Shown here in pieces: positions 10,715 to 21,633 of a stretch of DNA of 64,000 nt. The DNA comes from an uncultured Gemmatimonadales bacterium (GTDB lineage: Bacteria; Gemmatimonadota; Gemmatimonadetes; Longimicrobiales; Gaopeijiaceae): assembly GCA_963823035.1 (NCBI GenBank), contig CAWGKG010000014.1, positions 288,001 through 352,000 on the forward strand, given 5' to 3'. The first letter of the stretch is position 1, and every line of letters starts with the position of its first letter. Position numbers and translations under genes: made by a program. The notes under the pieces are model-generated. The model worked only from the letters and a program-made list of their open reading frames with translations, searched no databases and was not told the DNA's origin.

Positions 10715-13700
10715 ATGCGCCAGCGTGCCTCGCATCGCCTCGCCCCGGCGGTGCTTCTTCTCGTCTTGTCGACACCCCTGTCGGGGGCAGCACAGGGTCT
10801 TTCCTCCGACGCGCTCTCCGGTCTTCGCCCCCGCGAGATCGGGCCGGCCGTCGTGAGCGGCCGCATCGTGGACATCGCCGTGGTGGAGCGGGACCCGCGC
10901 GTGTTCTACGTGGCCGCGGCCACCGGGGGCGTGTGGAAGACCACCGACAACGGCATCCGCTTCACACCCGTGTTCACGCGCGAGGCCACGCACTCGGTCG
11001 GCGACATCGCCGTGAGCCAGAGCGACACGAGCGTGGTGTGGGTCGGGACCGGGGAGCGGGCGAGCCGGCAGAGCAACTCGTGGGGAGACGGCGTCTACAA
11101 GTCGACCGACGGGGGAACGACGTGGCGGAACATGGGGCTCGCCGACACGAAGGAGATCGGGAGGATCGCCATCGATCCGAACGACGTGAACACCGTGTGG
11201 GTGGCGGCCATGGGGCACCTGTGGGGCCCGAACGAGGAGCGGGGCCTCTACAAGTCGACGGACGGCGGCGAGAGCTGGGACAAGGTGCTCTACGTGGACG
11301 AGCAGACGGGCGTGGTCGACGTGGCGCTCGATCCCTCGAACCCGCGCGTCGTCTACGCGGCGACGTACCAGCGGCGCAGGCGGCCGTGGGGATTCCACGG
11401 CGGCGGCCCGGGGAGCGGGCTCTACAAGTCGACCGACGGCGGGGCGAGCTGGACGAAGCTCACGAACGCCGGGCTCGACAACGGGCTGCCCACGGGCGAG
11501 ATGGGGCGCATCGGCATCGACGTCTACCGCAAGGACCCGCGCATCCTGTACGTGAGCGTCGAGCAGGGTGAGCGCTACAACGCGTCGACCGAGTACCAGA
11601 AGCGGGAGGCGGGCCTCTACCGGTCGGAGGACGGCGGCGCTTCGTGGACCTTCCAGAGCGACTGGAACCCGCGGCCGATGTACGCGAGCCAGCCCACCGT
11701 CGACCCGAACGACGACCAGCGCGTGTACATGCTGAACGCGTACAGCTACTCGGACGACGCCGGCAAGACGTTCACCGTTCCGCACGAGGACCGCACGCAC
11801 GGCGACGACCGCTTCGTGTGGGTCGACCCGCACGACTCGAACCACGTCATGAAGGCCGACGACGGCGGCCTGGGGATCAGCTACGACCGGGGCGACCACT
11901 TCCTCTTCGTGACGGACCTGCCGCTCTCGCAGTGGTACCACGTCGCGGTGGACATGGCCGTGCCCTACAACGTGTATGGCGGCCTCCAGGACAACGGCAG
12001 TTGGGCCGGTCCGAACCAGGTGTACCGCTCCGAGGGGATCCTCAACCAGGACTGGGTGCGCTGGGGCGGAGGCGACGGGTTCCTGTCGCTCGTGGACACG
12101 ACGAACAACCGCATCCTCTATGCCGAGAGCCAGTACCTCGGGCTGACCCGGAACGACCTCGTGACCGGGGAGGGACGCGACATCCGCCCCGACCAGCCGG
12201 AGGGCTTCATCGGCGATCGGCGCAACTGGACCACCTGGCCAGACCTGGGCGACCCCGAGCAGCGCCTCGGCAACGCGATGGCGCCGGGCAACTGGGACGG
12301 CCCGTTCATCATCAGCCCGCACGACCCGAACACGCTGTACGCCGGCCTCGACCGCCTCTTCCGCAGCACCGACCGCGGGGACACGTGGGAGCCGATCGGC
12401 AGCCCCACCACCGGCACCGACCGGCGCACGCTCGAGATCATGGGCGAGCGACCCGACTCCTTCACGCTGTCGCTCGACGACGGCATCCCGTACTGGCCGA
12501 CGATCAGCGCGGTCGCGGAGTCGGAGTTCACGCCGGGCGAGCTGTACGTCGGCACGGACGACGGGCAGGTTCAGGTCACCACGGACGGAGGCCACAGCTG
12601 GACGAACGTCACGGCCGGCGTCCCCGGGCTGCCGCCCCGGGCATGGATCAACGACCTGCACGCCTCGAAGTCGGTGGACGGCCGCGTCTACCTGGTGGCG
12701 AACAACTACCGCAACGACGACTACGCGAACTACCTCTGGCGCTCGGACGACCACGGCCGGACGTGGACGTCGATCCTGGGCGACCTTCCCTCCGAGCGGG
12801 TGACCCGCGCGGTCTTCGAGGACCTGCGCAATCCCGACGTGCTCTACCTGGGCACGGAGTTGGGTGTGTTCTGGTCGTGGAACGGCGGCGGCCGCTGGGT
12901 GGAGCTCCGGTCGGGCCTGCCGACCGTGGCGGTGAACGACCTCCTCGTCCACCCGAGGGACAACGACCTCGTGCTCGCGACACACGGGCGCGGGGTGTGG
13001 ATCCTGGACCAGGTGACCGCACTCCAGAGCCTCACGCCGGAGATCGCCGCCCGTCCGGCCTTTCTCTTCGCCATCGACCCGGCCGAGGAAACCCGCTACC
13101 GGGGTGAGCGCGCCCACACCGGCAACATGATCTTCGAGGGCGAGAATCCCCCCGCCGCCGCCCTCGTGGACTACTGGCTGCGGGACGCCGGCACCGAGGT
13201 CTCGCTGGAAGTGCTCGACGTCGCGGGCGCGCGCGTCGCCACCGTGAACGGACCCCACGAGCGCGGCGTGAACCGGGCGCAGTGGAACCTCCGCTACGGC
13301 CTCGAAGGCGGCAACGACACGTCGCGGGCGGGCGGCGCTGGCGGCTTCCGCCGAATGTCCGGCGGCCCCCTCGTGGTCCCCGGGGTGTACACGGTACGGC
13401 TCACGGCGGGCGGCGTGACGCAGGATCGTACCGTGCGCGTCGAGGAGGATCCGCGCACCCAGGTGGACCCGGGGGTGCGCGCCCGGTGGACGGCGGAGCT
13501 ACGCGGCATCGCCGCCACGCTCATGGAGGCGCAGGGCGTGGCGCGCGAGGTCCAGGCCGCGGCACAGCGACTGGAGAAGGGACAGGCACGCGCACCCGAC
13601 GCGGCAGCGGCGAAGGTCAAGGACCTCGATCGGGAGCTCGACGAGCTGGTGACGCGCCTGGCGCGGCTTCGCGGCGGCGCGGAGAGCTGGGTCGGCCCGC

Positions 13701-13798
13701 TCTCGGCGGACCAGGCGTCACAGAAGGCGTTTCTGACGGGCATGCTGGAGACACTGGCCGGCGAATGGCGCACCGTGCGCAGCCGGATATCCAACTAG
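10715..13798 (+). CDS. Secreted VPS10/sortilin-like BNR-repeat glycosyl hydrolase-like protein
   Basis: Signal peptide; REIGPAVVSGRIVDI; repeated S.DGG.(T/S)W Asp boxes; GGLQDNGSW; LVLATHGRG. Confidence 0.88.
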   Translation: MRQRASHRLAPAVLLLVLSTPLSGAAQGLSSDALSGLRPREIGPAVVSGRIVDIAVVERDPRVFYVAAATGGVWKTTDNGIRFTPVFTREATHSVGDIAVSQSDTSVVWVGTGERASRQSNSWGDGVYKSTDGGTTWRNMGLADTKEIGRIAIDPNDVNTVWVAAMGHLWGPNEERGLYKSTDGGESWDKVLYVDEQTGVVDVALDPSNPRVVYAATYQRRRRPWGFHGGGPGSGLYKSTDGGASWTKLTNAGLDNGLPTGEMGRIGIDVYRKDPRILYVSVEQGERYNASTEYQKREAGLYRSEDGGASWTFQSDWNPRPMYASQPTVDPNDDQRVYMLNAYSYSDDAGKTFTVPHEDRTHGDDRFVWVDPHDSNHVMKADDGGLGISYDRGDHFLFVTDLPLSQWYHVAVDMAVPYNVYGGLQDNGSWAGPNQVYRSEGILNQDWVRWGGGDGFLSLVDTTNNRILYAESQYLGLTRNDLVTGEGRDIRPDQPEGFIGDRRNWTTWPDLGDPEQRLGNAMAPGNWDGPFIISPHDPNTLYAGLDRLFRSTDRGDTWEPIGSPTTGTDRRTLEIMGERPDSFTLSLDDGIPYWPTISAVAESEFTPGELYVGTDDGQVQVTTDGGHSWTNVTAGVPGLPPRAWINDLHASKSVDGRVYLVANNYRNDDYANYLWRSDDHGRTWTSILGDLPSERVTRAVFEDLRNPDVLYLGTELGVFWSWNGGGRWVELRSGLPTVAVNDLLVHPRDNDLVLATHGRGVWILDQVTALQSLTPEIAARPAFLFAIDPAEETRYRGERAHTGNMIFEGENPPAAALVDYWLRDAGTEVSLEVLDVAGARVATVNGPHERGVNRAQWNLRYGLEGGNDTSRAGGAGGFRRMSGGPLVVPGVYTVRLTAGGVTQDRTVRVEEDPRTQVDPGVRARWTAELRGIAATLMEAQGVAREVQAAAQRLEKGQARAPDAAAAKVKDLDRELDELVTRLARLRGGAESWVGPLSADQASQKAFLTGMLETLAGEWRTVRSRISN

Positions 13799-13815
13799 CG
13801 ATCGGAAGGGCGACG

Positions 13816-14172
13816 ATGCCGGTGTTTCATCGCGTCGAGGAGGGGTTCCTCCTGGTGACCGTGGACGGCGACTTCACGGCCGCGGAGGTCGTGCGGGTGG
13901 GAGGGACGGCGCTCGAGGCGCCCGACCTGATCGTGCCGGCCTTCGTGCTGCTGGACCTGTCCGGCGCGGCGGTCCCCACCGACGCGGGGATGACCGCGTT
14001 CGAGCCCATCGCGTCGTTCTTCGCCGGCCCGCGGGCTCCGGTCGCCCGTCTGGCGGTGCTCGCGGGGCCGGGCGCGGCGGACGCGATCGTCGAGGCGGCG
14101 TCCGCCTCGGGTCTGGAATCACGCGCCTTCAAGACGAAGTCGGACGCGCGCGCCTGGTTGGCGGGTTTCTAG
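13816..14172 (+). CDS. Hypothetical protein, STAS/SpoIIAA-like
   Basis: LLVTVDGDFT..LLDLS..RLAVL..RAFKTKSDARAWL; GGAAGG RBS. Confidence 0.6.
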   Translation: MPVFHRVEEGFLLVTVDGDFTAAEVVRVGGTALEAPDLIVPAFVLLDLSGAAVPTDAGMTAFEPIASFFAGPRAPVARLAVLAGPGAADAIVEAASASGLESRAFKTKSDARAWLAGF

Positions 14173-14188
14173 GACGCCGGGCCGCGCC

Positions 14189-14776
14189 CTACGAGGAGGC
14201 TCGCTCCGGGAACGGGACGGGCACGGCGGGGAGGTCGAAGGCCCCCGGGAAGTCCTGCTCCACCTCCTTCTGCTTGCCGCTCCACGCCTCGATGTCGATG
14301 CGGTACACCGCGGTCCGCTTGAGCTCGTCGTCGGTGGTGGCCCGGTAGTCCTCGCCGTAGCGCAGATGCGGCGCGTACTTCCCGAGCAGGATGCGCAGGC
14401 CGTGGCGGGCCTCGTCGGTGTCCTCCACGATCGTTCCCCGCCCGAAGACCACCACCCCGCAGTACTCCACGCTGAACTCGAGCGCCTCCGACGCGGGCAG
14501 CAGCCTCCCCATCGCGGCGGCGGAGAAGGTCACGCGCTCGTGCCCCGCGACGTTGTCCCGGGTCCGGCCCGTGCGGTGGGTGTGCATGTACAGGCAGTGC
14601 CTCTGCTCGTCGAACACGAAGAGGTTCGAGTTGAGGAACGGCTGGCCGTCCTCCCCCACCGTCGCGAGGAAGCCCATCGGGGCCGCACGCAGGAACGCGC
14701 GGACCCACGCCTCGTCCTTGCCCCGGTCGCGACGGCGCAGCGCCGCCCTCCGATCCTCGCCCACAGCTTCGGTCAC
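14189..14776 (-). CDS. Pyridoxamine 5'-phosphate oxidase / NimA-like flavin-binding protein
   Basis: LRRRDR, GFLATV..GQPF, FSVEYCGVVVFG, WSGK. Confidence 0.85.
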   Translation of the reverse strand: MTEAVGEDRRAALRRRDRGKDEAWVRAFLRAAPMGFLATVGEDGQPFLNSNLFVFDEQRHCLYMHTHRTGRTRDNVAGHERVTFSAAAMGRLLPASEALEFSVEYCGVVVFGRGTIVEDTDEARHGLRILLGKYAPHLRYGEDYRATTDDELKRTAVYRIDIEAWSGKQKEVEQDFPGAFDLPAVPVPFPERASS

Positions 14777-15295
14777 CCTTCACCTCCCAGATAATCGCGC
14801 TCCAGGAGCGCGCGATGGTAGAGCTCGTGTCCGGCGATGATCCACGGAAACGAGCGCGCGGTGAACGACATCCCGCTCGCGATCCCCGTCCGGGGCGCGG
14901 CCTCGTCGTCGAGACCGCGGAAGAGGAGGAGGTTGTCGCGACGAAGCGCGATCCACTCCTCCGCGAGCGAGGAAAGTCGCCGGACGCCCGCGTTCGACAT
15001 CGCGCGCCCAGTCGTCCTGCTCGAACGGTGGAAGAGGGTCCGGCGCGGCCCGCGCGATCCACAGGCACCGGAACGCGAACGTCCGCTCGACGTCGATGAG
15101 ATGGCCGACCACCTCGCGCACGCTCCACTTCCCGGGCGCGTATCGGTACTCCTCCTTCTCCGCGGGCACCGAAGCCAGCAGCGCCTGCGTGGTCACCATC
15201 TCACGCTCGAGGATCAAGAGGATGCTGCCCTCGGGCACGAGGTCGATGTAGCGCGCGTAGTAGGCGTCGTATTCCGACGGGTCGGGGCGGCGCAT
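14773..15295 (-). CDS. DinB family protein (frameshift ~15000)
   Basis: RP..EY..YY.RYI, YAPGKWSVREVVGHLID.ER.F..R, FEQD, IAGHELYH. Confidence 0.88.
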
Positions 15296-16449
15296 CAGTT
15301 CGACACCCCTCGGTCGAGCTGCTCGATGGTCGCCATGGACGGGCCGCGCTCACGCTGAAGCCGGCGCGCCACGCCCTCCGCCTCCCGCATCACGCGCAGG
15401 ATGTTCTCCCCCGCGAGCTTGGCCAGGTCCTCCTCGCTCCACCCGCGCCGGCTCAGCTCGGCGAAGAGCGTCGGGTACGTCGAGACGTCCTCCAACCCCT
15501 CGACCGTCTCCGTGATGCCGTCGAAGTCGGCGCCGATGCCCACGTGGTCCACCCCCGCCACCTCGACGATGTGCTCGATGTGGTTCGCGACGTCCGCCAC
15601 GGTGGCGCGCTCCCCCTCCCGCAGGAAGCTCGGCACGAAGGTGACCATGACCACGCCGCCGTTCTCGGGCAGGCGCCGGAGCACGGCGTCGGGGACGTTG
15701 CGCGGCACGTCGAGGAGGGCGCGCGCGTCGGCGTGCGACCAGATCACGGGCGCCTCCGAGACGTCGAGCGCATCGTTCATCGTCTCCGGGGAGGTGTGCG
15801 CCAGGTCGACGAGCATCCCCAGCCGGTTCATCTCCCGCACCACCTCCATCCCGAAGGGCGTGAGCCCGCCGTGGCGCGGCTCGTCATTGGCCGCGTCCGC
15901 CCAGTCGAGCGTGCCGTTGTGCGTCAGCGTCATGTAGCGCACGCCCATGCCGTAGAAGGCGCGGAGTGTCCCGAGCGAGTTCTCGATGGCGTGCCCTCCC
16001 TCCATCCCGAGCATCGAGGCGATCTTCCCCTGGCCGAAGATCCGCTCCACGTCCGAGGCGTCGTACGCCTCCTCGAACACGTCCGGGTAGCGCGCGAAAA
16101 CCTGCTTGGCGATGTCGATCTGCTCGAGTTGCACCCTGGCCGCTCCGGAGTCCACCGACTCGTAGGGCGTGTACACCGACCAGAACTGTCCCCCCACCCT
16201 CCCTTTGCGCAGACGGACGACGTCGGTCATGAACGGCGGATGGCCGCGCAGGTCGTGCTGCGGCGCAGCGACGTTCCCGGGCGCCACCTCGCTCTCCCGG
16301 ATCGCCCAGGGGAGGTCGTTGTGCCCGTCGATCAGGGGTGTACGGGCGAGCACGCGCATGGCTTTCACCATGTCGGGGTCCTGCTGCGCCCCGAGAGGAG
16401 CGGTGGCGAGGACGGCGGACGCCAGGAGGAGGACGGTGGCGCGTCTCAT
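15295..16449 (-). CDS. Secreted membrane dipeptidase (M19)
   Basis: Signal peptide; IDGHNDLPW, GQFWSVY, MEGGH, TLTHN, EMNRLGMLVDLAH, HVGIGADFDG. Confidence 0.93.
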   Translation of the reverse strand: MRRATVLLLASAVLATAPLGAQQDPDMVKAMRVLARTPLIDGHNDLPWAIRESEVAPGNVAAPQHDLRGHPPFMTDVVRLRKGRVGGQFWSVYTPYESVDSGAARVQLEQIDIAKQVFARYPDVFEEAYDASDVERIFGQGKIASMLGMEGGHAIENSLGTLRAFYGMGVRYMTLTHNGTLDWADAANDEPRHGGLTPFGMEVVREMNRLGMLVDLAHTSPETMNDALDVSEAPVIWSHADARALLDVPRNVPDAVLRRLPENGGVVMVTFVPSFLREGERATVADVANHIEHIVEVAGVDHVGIGADFDGITETVEGLEDVSTYPTLFAELSRRGWSEEDLAKLAGENILRVMREAEGVARRLQRERGPSMATIEQLDRGVSN

Positions 16450-16540
16450 GACTCGAATCGATGCCTCGGCAAACGGTGGGAGGAAGGGACAACAATCGCG
16501 CGGCGGCCCCGCACGCGGCAACCCGTGCGGGAGCTCGCTT

Positions 16541-17299
16541 CTACGGCGTCGTGCCCGGGGGAAGCCCGCTCGGGATCTCCCTCGGAATCTGCCCGAACTC
16601 GGCCAGGATCACGGAGATGTTGTCGTCGCTTCCGCCCTGCCACGCGGCCGTGGTGAGGGCCTCGGCCGCTTCGCGCACGTCGCTCGATCGGCCGAAGACC
16701 GCACGCAGCTCCGGGTCGGACAGCGCCTTGTAGAGCCCGTCCGAGCAGAGGACGATCGCGGTGCTCGCCTGGACCGTGAACGGACCGAAGACGTCGACGT
16801 CCACCACGGGATCGATGCCGATGCAGCGGGTGAGCGCGTCCCTCCATTTCGAGGCCATGATCTCCGCCTCCGGCTGGCCGCGCTTCAGCGCCTCGGCCGC
16901 GAAGGAGTGGTCGCGCGTGAGCTGACGGATCCCCTCGGCGGAGAGAAGGTAGCCCCGGCTGTCGCCGACGTTCGCCACCTCGTAGCGACCGTCGTCCACG
17001 AGCACCGCCACGAGCGTCGTGCCCATCCCCACCTTGTCCGGATCGCGGGCCTTCTCGTTCACACGGGCGTTGGCCTGGCGAAAGGCGTCGTCCAGCGCGC
17101 TTCCGGCTCGCACGGCTTCGACCAGCGTCTCGAGGGCGAGGGAGCTGGCCACCTCCCCCGCGGCGTGTCCGCCCATCCCGTCCGCGACGGCCAGGAGGAT
17201 GCGCCCGTCCGCGAGCGTCTCGGTGAGCACCGCGTCCTCCTGGTAGGGCCTTCTCCCCGCGACGGATTCGAAGGCGAGGCGTGGCCGGAGCTTCGTCAC
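16541..17299 (-). CDS. PP2C/PPM family Ser/Thr protein phosphatase
   Basis: GRR.YQED, VADGMGGHAAGEVAS, GMGTT, NVGDSR, QLTRDHS, LCSDGL, DDNISV. Confidence 0.93.
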   Translation of the reverse strand: MTKLRPRLAFESVAGRRPYQEDAVLTETLADGRILLAVADGMGGHAAGEVASSLALETLVEAVRAGSALDDAFRQANARVNEKARDPDKVGMGTTLVAVLVDDGRYEVANVGDSRGYLLSAEGIRQLTRDHSFAAEALKRGQPEAEIMASKWRDALTRCIGIDPVVDVDVFGPFTVQASTAIVLCSDGLYKALSDPELRAVFGRSSDVREAAEALTTAAWQGGSDDNISVILAEFGQIPREIPSGLPPGTTP

Positions 17300-17465
17300 G
17301 GTGGGTCCCGCGGGGAGGGTGGGGGAAGGTCACGCAGGGGCGGGTTACTGATAGGCTGCACCCCCTTTCGCGGCAAGGAGATCCGCCTCTCCGCGAGGCC
17401 GGCCTTTCGCGTTCCCGGGAAGCGCGGCCACATTGCCCGCCGTCCCCGAACACGGAGAAGCATCG

Positions 17466-18663
17466 ATGCGCAGAACGTCCCGGGCAGCCGCCGCGCTCCT
17501 CGTCGCGCTCACGCCCTCCGGCGTCCGGGCGCAGCTCCCCGCGCGCTTCGGTCCCGCCTGGGACGGGGTGGTCGCGTCGTGGGACGCCGCGTCCGCCGAG
17601 GCCGGGATCGTAGGGGGCAGCCTCGCCTTCCTGCGCGGGAGCGAAGTGGTCCGTCTGGCCCCGCGGGGCCTCGCCGACGTCGCGACGCGGCGGGCCGTGG
17701 ACGACGCCACCATCTACCACTGGGCATCGATCACCAAGACGTTCACGGCGGTGTCGATCCTGCAACTGCGCGACCGCGGGCTGCTGTCCCTCGACGATCC
17801 GATCGTGGCGTACGTCCCGGAGCTGCGGGAGGTGCACGACCCCTACGGCTCCATGGAGGACATCACGATCCGCCAGCTGCTGTCCCACTCGGCGGGCTTC
17901 CGCGACGCCACGTGGCCGTGGAGCGACGGCGAGCCGTGGGAGCCGTACGAGCCCACGGAATGGAGCCAGCTCGTCGCGATGATGCCCTACACGCGCATCC
18001 ACTTCGAGCCCGGCTCGAGGTTCAGCTACTCCAACCCCGGGATCATCTTCCTGGGGCGCGTCATCGAGAAGGTCACGGGCGACGTCTTCGAGGCGTACGT
18101 CGACAAGAACATCTTCCGACCGCTCGGCATGCGGCGTGCGTACTTCGACGGGACGCCCTGGCACCTCCTTCCCTACCGCTCGAACCACTACTTCCTGAAC
18201 GACGGCAAGCGCGCGGAGGGCGGGCTCGACTTCAACACCGGCATCACCGTGTCGAACGGGGGGCTCAACGCACCCGTGCCGGACATGGCGCGCTGGTTCG
18301 GCTTCCTGCTCGGGGCACCGCCCGACGGCGTGGACGGTGCCACGGTCCTGAAGCGTTCCAGCCTCGAGGAGATGTGGAGGACGGTGGTGCCGATCGGCGA
18401 CTCCGACATCGGCCGCGAGAGCATGGGCCTGTGCTTCTTCCTCTACGACGACGGCACGCACCACCTCGTGGGCCACACGGGCACGCAGCGGGGGTTCCTT
18501 TCGTTCTTCGTGCTCGATCCCGACGCCGGCGTGGGCGTGGTGGGCGTATCGAACACGGTCGGTACCACGCCCCCGGGACCCGGACGCCCGCGCGATCCTG
18601 AACGAGGCCCGGGCCGCCGTGGTGAACGGGATCTTTCCCCTCTTCCGTCAGGAGACCCGATGA
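17466..18663 (+). CDS. Secreted serine hydrolase, beta-lactamase/AmpC family (frameshift ~18590)
   Basis: ASITK (SxxK), LLSHSAG, FSYSN, GHTG. True C-terminus ILNEARAAVVNGIFPLFRQETR* lies in another frame and ends in an ATGA overlap. Confidence 0.85.
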
Positions 18664-19805
18664 GCGTGGACCGGAGGACGTTCGTGAAGCTCGCCGGCGC
18701 TGCGGCGATCGCCCCCGGCGCGATGGTGCCCCTCGGCACGCGTGCGCATGGCCGGCGCGCCGTGGCCCGCCTGTGGCCCGGCTACGGCGACGCGATGGTG
18801 ATCGACTGCCTGGCGAGCCCCGGGGCCTTCAACATCCCCGAGGACGAGGGCGGCGGGCTGGGAGGGGCGGCGCTCGACGCGGCGCGCCGCTCCGGCATCA
18901 CCGGCGTGAACGTCACCGTGGGGGTGGTGGGCGACGTCCCGGACCCATTCGGCGATACCGTGGCCGACCTGGCCCGCTGGGAGCGCGAGATCGACCGGCA
19001 CCCGGACGTGTTCGCCCGCGTGCGCACGGTCGACGACCTGCGCCGCGCCAAGTCGGGCGGCCAGGTCGGGCTGATCTACGGCTTCCAGGACACGGTCGCG
19101 CTCGGCGCCGACCTGGAGCGCCTCGACACCTTCCACGCGCTCGGGCTGCGCATCATCCAGCTCACCTACAACGTGCGCAACCGCGTGGGCGACGGCAGCC
19201 TGGAGCCCGGGAACGCGGGCCTGTCCACGTTCGGCAAGGAGCTGGTCGCACGCATGAACCGCCTCGGCGTGCTGGTGGACCTCTCCCACTGCGGGCAGCG
19301 CACCACGGCGGAAGGCATCGCGGATTCGACCGTTCCGGTGGCGATCACCCACACGGGGTGCCAGGCCGTGTTCATGCACCCGCGCAACAAGCGGGACGAG
19401 GAGCTGCGGGCGTGCGCCGACAAGGGTGGCGTGGTGGGCATCTACCTCATGCCCTACCTGAACGCCTCCGGACCGCCGACCGCCGACGACGTGATGGCGC
19501 ACCTGGAGCATGCGCTGCAGGTGTGCGGGGAGGAGCACGTCGGCATCGGCAGCGACCAGTCCATCACCCCCGTGAACGACACGCCCGAGTACTACCGGCG
19601 GATGGAGGCGGAGGTGAACCGGCGCAAGACGATGGGCATCAGCGCGCCGCGCGAGGACACGGCCCCCTTCGTCCCCCAGCTCAACGACGCGCGCCGCATG
19701 GAGCTCGTCGCCGACCTCATGGCGAAGCGCGGCCACGGAGCGGGCATGATCGAGAAGGTGCTCGGCGCCAACTGGATGCGGCTCTTCGCCGAGGTGTGGA
19801 AGTAG
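18660..19805 (+). CDS. Tat-exported membrane dipeptidase (M19-like)
   Basis: VDRRTFVK twin-arginine signal; GGAG RBS; QLTYN, MNRLGVLVDLSH, HPRNK.D, HVGIGSD. Confidence 0.88.
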   Translation: MSVDRRTFVKLAGAAAIAPGAMVPLGTRAHGRRAVARLWPGYGDAMVIDCLASPGAFNIPEDEGGGLGGAALDAARRSGITGVNVTVGVVGDVPDPFGDTVADLARWEREIDRHPDVFARVRTVDDLRRAKSGGQVGLIYGFQDTVALGADLERLDTFHALGLRIIQLTYNVRNRVGDGSLEPGNAGLSTFGKELVARMNRLGVLVDLSHCGQRTTAEGIADSTVPVAITHTGCQAVFMHPRNKRDEELRACADKGGVVGIYLMPYLNASGPPTADDVMAHLEHALQVCGEEHVGIGSDQSITPVNDTPEYYRRMEAEVNRRKTMGISAPREDTAPFVPQLNDARRMELVADLMAKRGHGAGMIEKVLGANWMRLFAEVWK

Positions 19806-19938
19806 CGGATACGACCTCGCCTTCCACCGCGGCACGTACCGCGCGTGCCGAAGAAGACACTGGCGCCGGAGCGCGCCCTCCGGCATTCCTGGGGGCGATC
19901 CGTGGTTCCTCCTCGTCCCCCCTCTCAGGAGCTCGTCC

Positions 19939-20505
19939 ATGGTCGGCCTCGCGTCCCTCTGGCTTCCGATCCTGCTCGCGGCGGCGTTCGTCTTCATCGC
20001 CAGCTCCATCATCCACATGTTCCTGCCGTACCACAGGACGGACTTCAAGGCGATTCCGGAAGAAGACCGCGTGCTGGACGCGTTGCGCGGGTTCGACATC
20101 CCGCCCGGCGACTACATGTTCCCCAACGCGGGCGGCGATCCCAACGTCCTGAAGTCGGAGGCGTTCCGCGAGAAGGCCCGCAAGGGCCCGGTGGGGGTCC
20201 TGACCGTGTTCCCCTCCGGCGACCCCTTCGCGATGGGCGCGCAAATGACGCAGTGGTTCCTGTACTGCCTGCTCGTGAGCCTCTTCGCGGGGTACCTGAC
20301 GAGCCGCGCGGTCGCGCCGGGCATGGACTACCTGCAGGTCTTCCGCTTCGCCGGGACGACCGCGTTCGCGGGCTACGCGCTGGCGTTGCTCCAGCGCTCG
20401 ATCTGGTACAAGCAGCCGTGGGGCACGACGTTCAAGAACGTCTTCGACGGCTTGGTCTACGCGCTCCTCACCGCCGGGACGTTCGGCTGGCTCTGGCCCG
20501 CCTGA
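19939..20505 (+). CDS. Conserved hypothetical membrane protein
   Basis: [46 protein letters not shown]; 4 hydrophobic segments. Confidence 0.75.
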   Translation: MVGLASLWLPILLAAAFVFIASSIIHMFLPYHRTDFKAIPEEDRVLDALRGFDIPPGDYMFPNAGGDPNVLKSEAFREKARKGPVGVLTVFPSGDPFAMGAQMTQWFLYCLLVSLFAGYLTSRAVAPGMDYLQVFRFAGTTAFAGYALALLQRSIWYKQPWGTTFKNVFDGLVYALLTAGTFGWLWPA

Positions 20506-20538
20506 CCGCCCTCGTGGAGGAACGGCCGGCCGCCGCCG

Positions 20539-21495
20539 TCAGACCCGGGCGGCGGCCGGCCAGGGCACCACGTCCAGCCAGCCGAAGGGATCGCCGGACA
20601 CGCCGTGCACGAGGTCGAGGTAGGCCTGCTGGAGGCGTCGCGGTCACCGGCCCCCTCGTCCCCTCGCCCACCCGGATCCGGTCCACGCTGCGGACCGGCG
20701 TGATCTCGGCGGCGGTGCCGGTGAAGAAGACCTCCTCCGCGGTGTAGAGCATCTCGCGGGGGACGGGCTCCTCGCGCGCCTCGATGCCCAGCGTCCCGCA
20801 GAGGTGGAGCACCGTGTCGCGCGTGATCCCGCCCAGGAGCGACCCGTCGAGCGGGGGCGTGCGCACGCGTCCCGTTCTTCACGAGGAAGACGTTCTGCCC
20901 GCTCCCCTCGCTCACCAGGCCGTTCGTGCCCACGGCGATGCGCCTCGGCGTAGCCGTTGGCCTGCGCCTCCATCTTCATGAGCTGGCTGTTCAGGTAGTT
21001 GCCGCCCGCCTTCGCGAGCGCCGGGAAGGTGTTCGGCGCCGGACGCGCACCAGCTCGACACGCAGGCGTCGACGCCCTGTTCGAGCGCCTCCGCGCCCAG
21101 GTAGCGCCCCCACGGCCAGCAGATCAGGAACGTCTCGACGGCGCTCGCGGTCGGGTTGAGGCCGAGCGCGCCGACGCCGCGCATGACGAGGGGCCGCAGG
21201 TAGCCTTCGCGCAAGCTCGTTGCGGACGCAGCAGCTCGCGGCACGCCTCCGCCAGCGCCTCCACCGGCCACGGTACCTCCATCCGGTAGATCTTCGCCGA
21301 CTCGTGCAGCCTGCGCAGGTGGTCGGTCAGCCGGAAGATGGCCGGACCGCGGGCCGTGTCGTAGGCGCGGATCCCCTCGAAGACCGAGGACCCGTAGTGC
21401 ACCGCGTGGCTCATCACGTGGACGTGGGCGTCCTCCCAGGAAACCCACGCCCCATCACGCCAGATCCAACGCATGCCGAGGTCGAGCGTTGCCAT
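20539..21495 (-). CDS. ilvE: Branched-chain amino acid aminotransferase (several frameshifts)
   Basis: [60 protein letters not shown] across frames. Confidence 0.92.
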
Positions 21496-21601
21496 TCCAC
21501 CGCTCTCCTTCAGGGTGGCTCTCGTGGAGAACGCCGGGCAGGGTCACGTCGGGGGGAGGTACACACAGCCGCGTGGCGTCCCGGAATATAGAACCCATCG
21601 A

Positions 21602-21626
21602 GCCCGGGGGGAGCCTCCCCCCGGGC
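21602..21626. terminator. GC-rich hairpin just downstream of the permease stop codon
   Basis: Perfect 11-bp stem GCCCGGGGGGA-gcc-TCCCCCCGGGC. Confidence 0.5.
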
Positions 21627-21633
21627 GCCCGCC

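Noticed and set aside
10562..13258. Long antisense and alternative-frame ORFs (also 50681-53059, 53183-55543, 32131-34071)
   Set aside because: Expected shadows of real genes in very GC-rich DNA; they show no recognisable motifs.
17433..19805. Apparent 790-aa beta-lactamase-dipeptidase fusion
   Set aside because: Created by a frameshift near 18590. The second half has its own GGAG RBS, an ATGA overlap and a Tat signal, so these are two genes.
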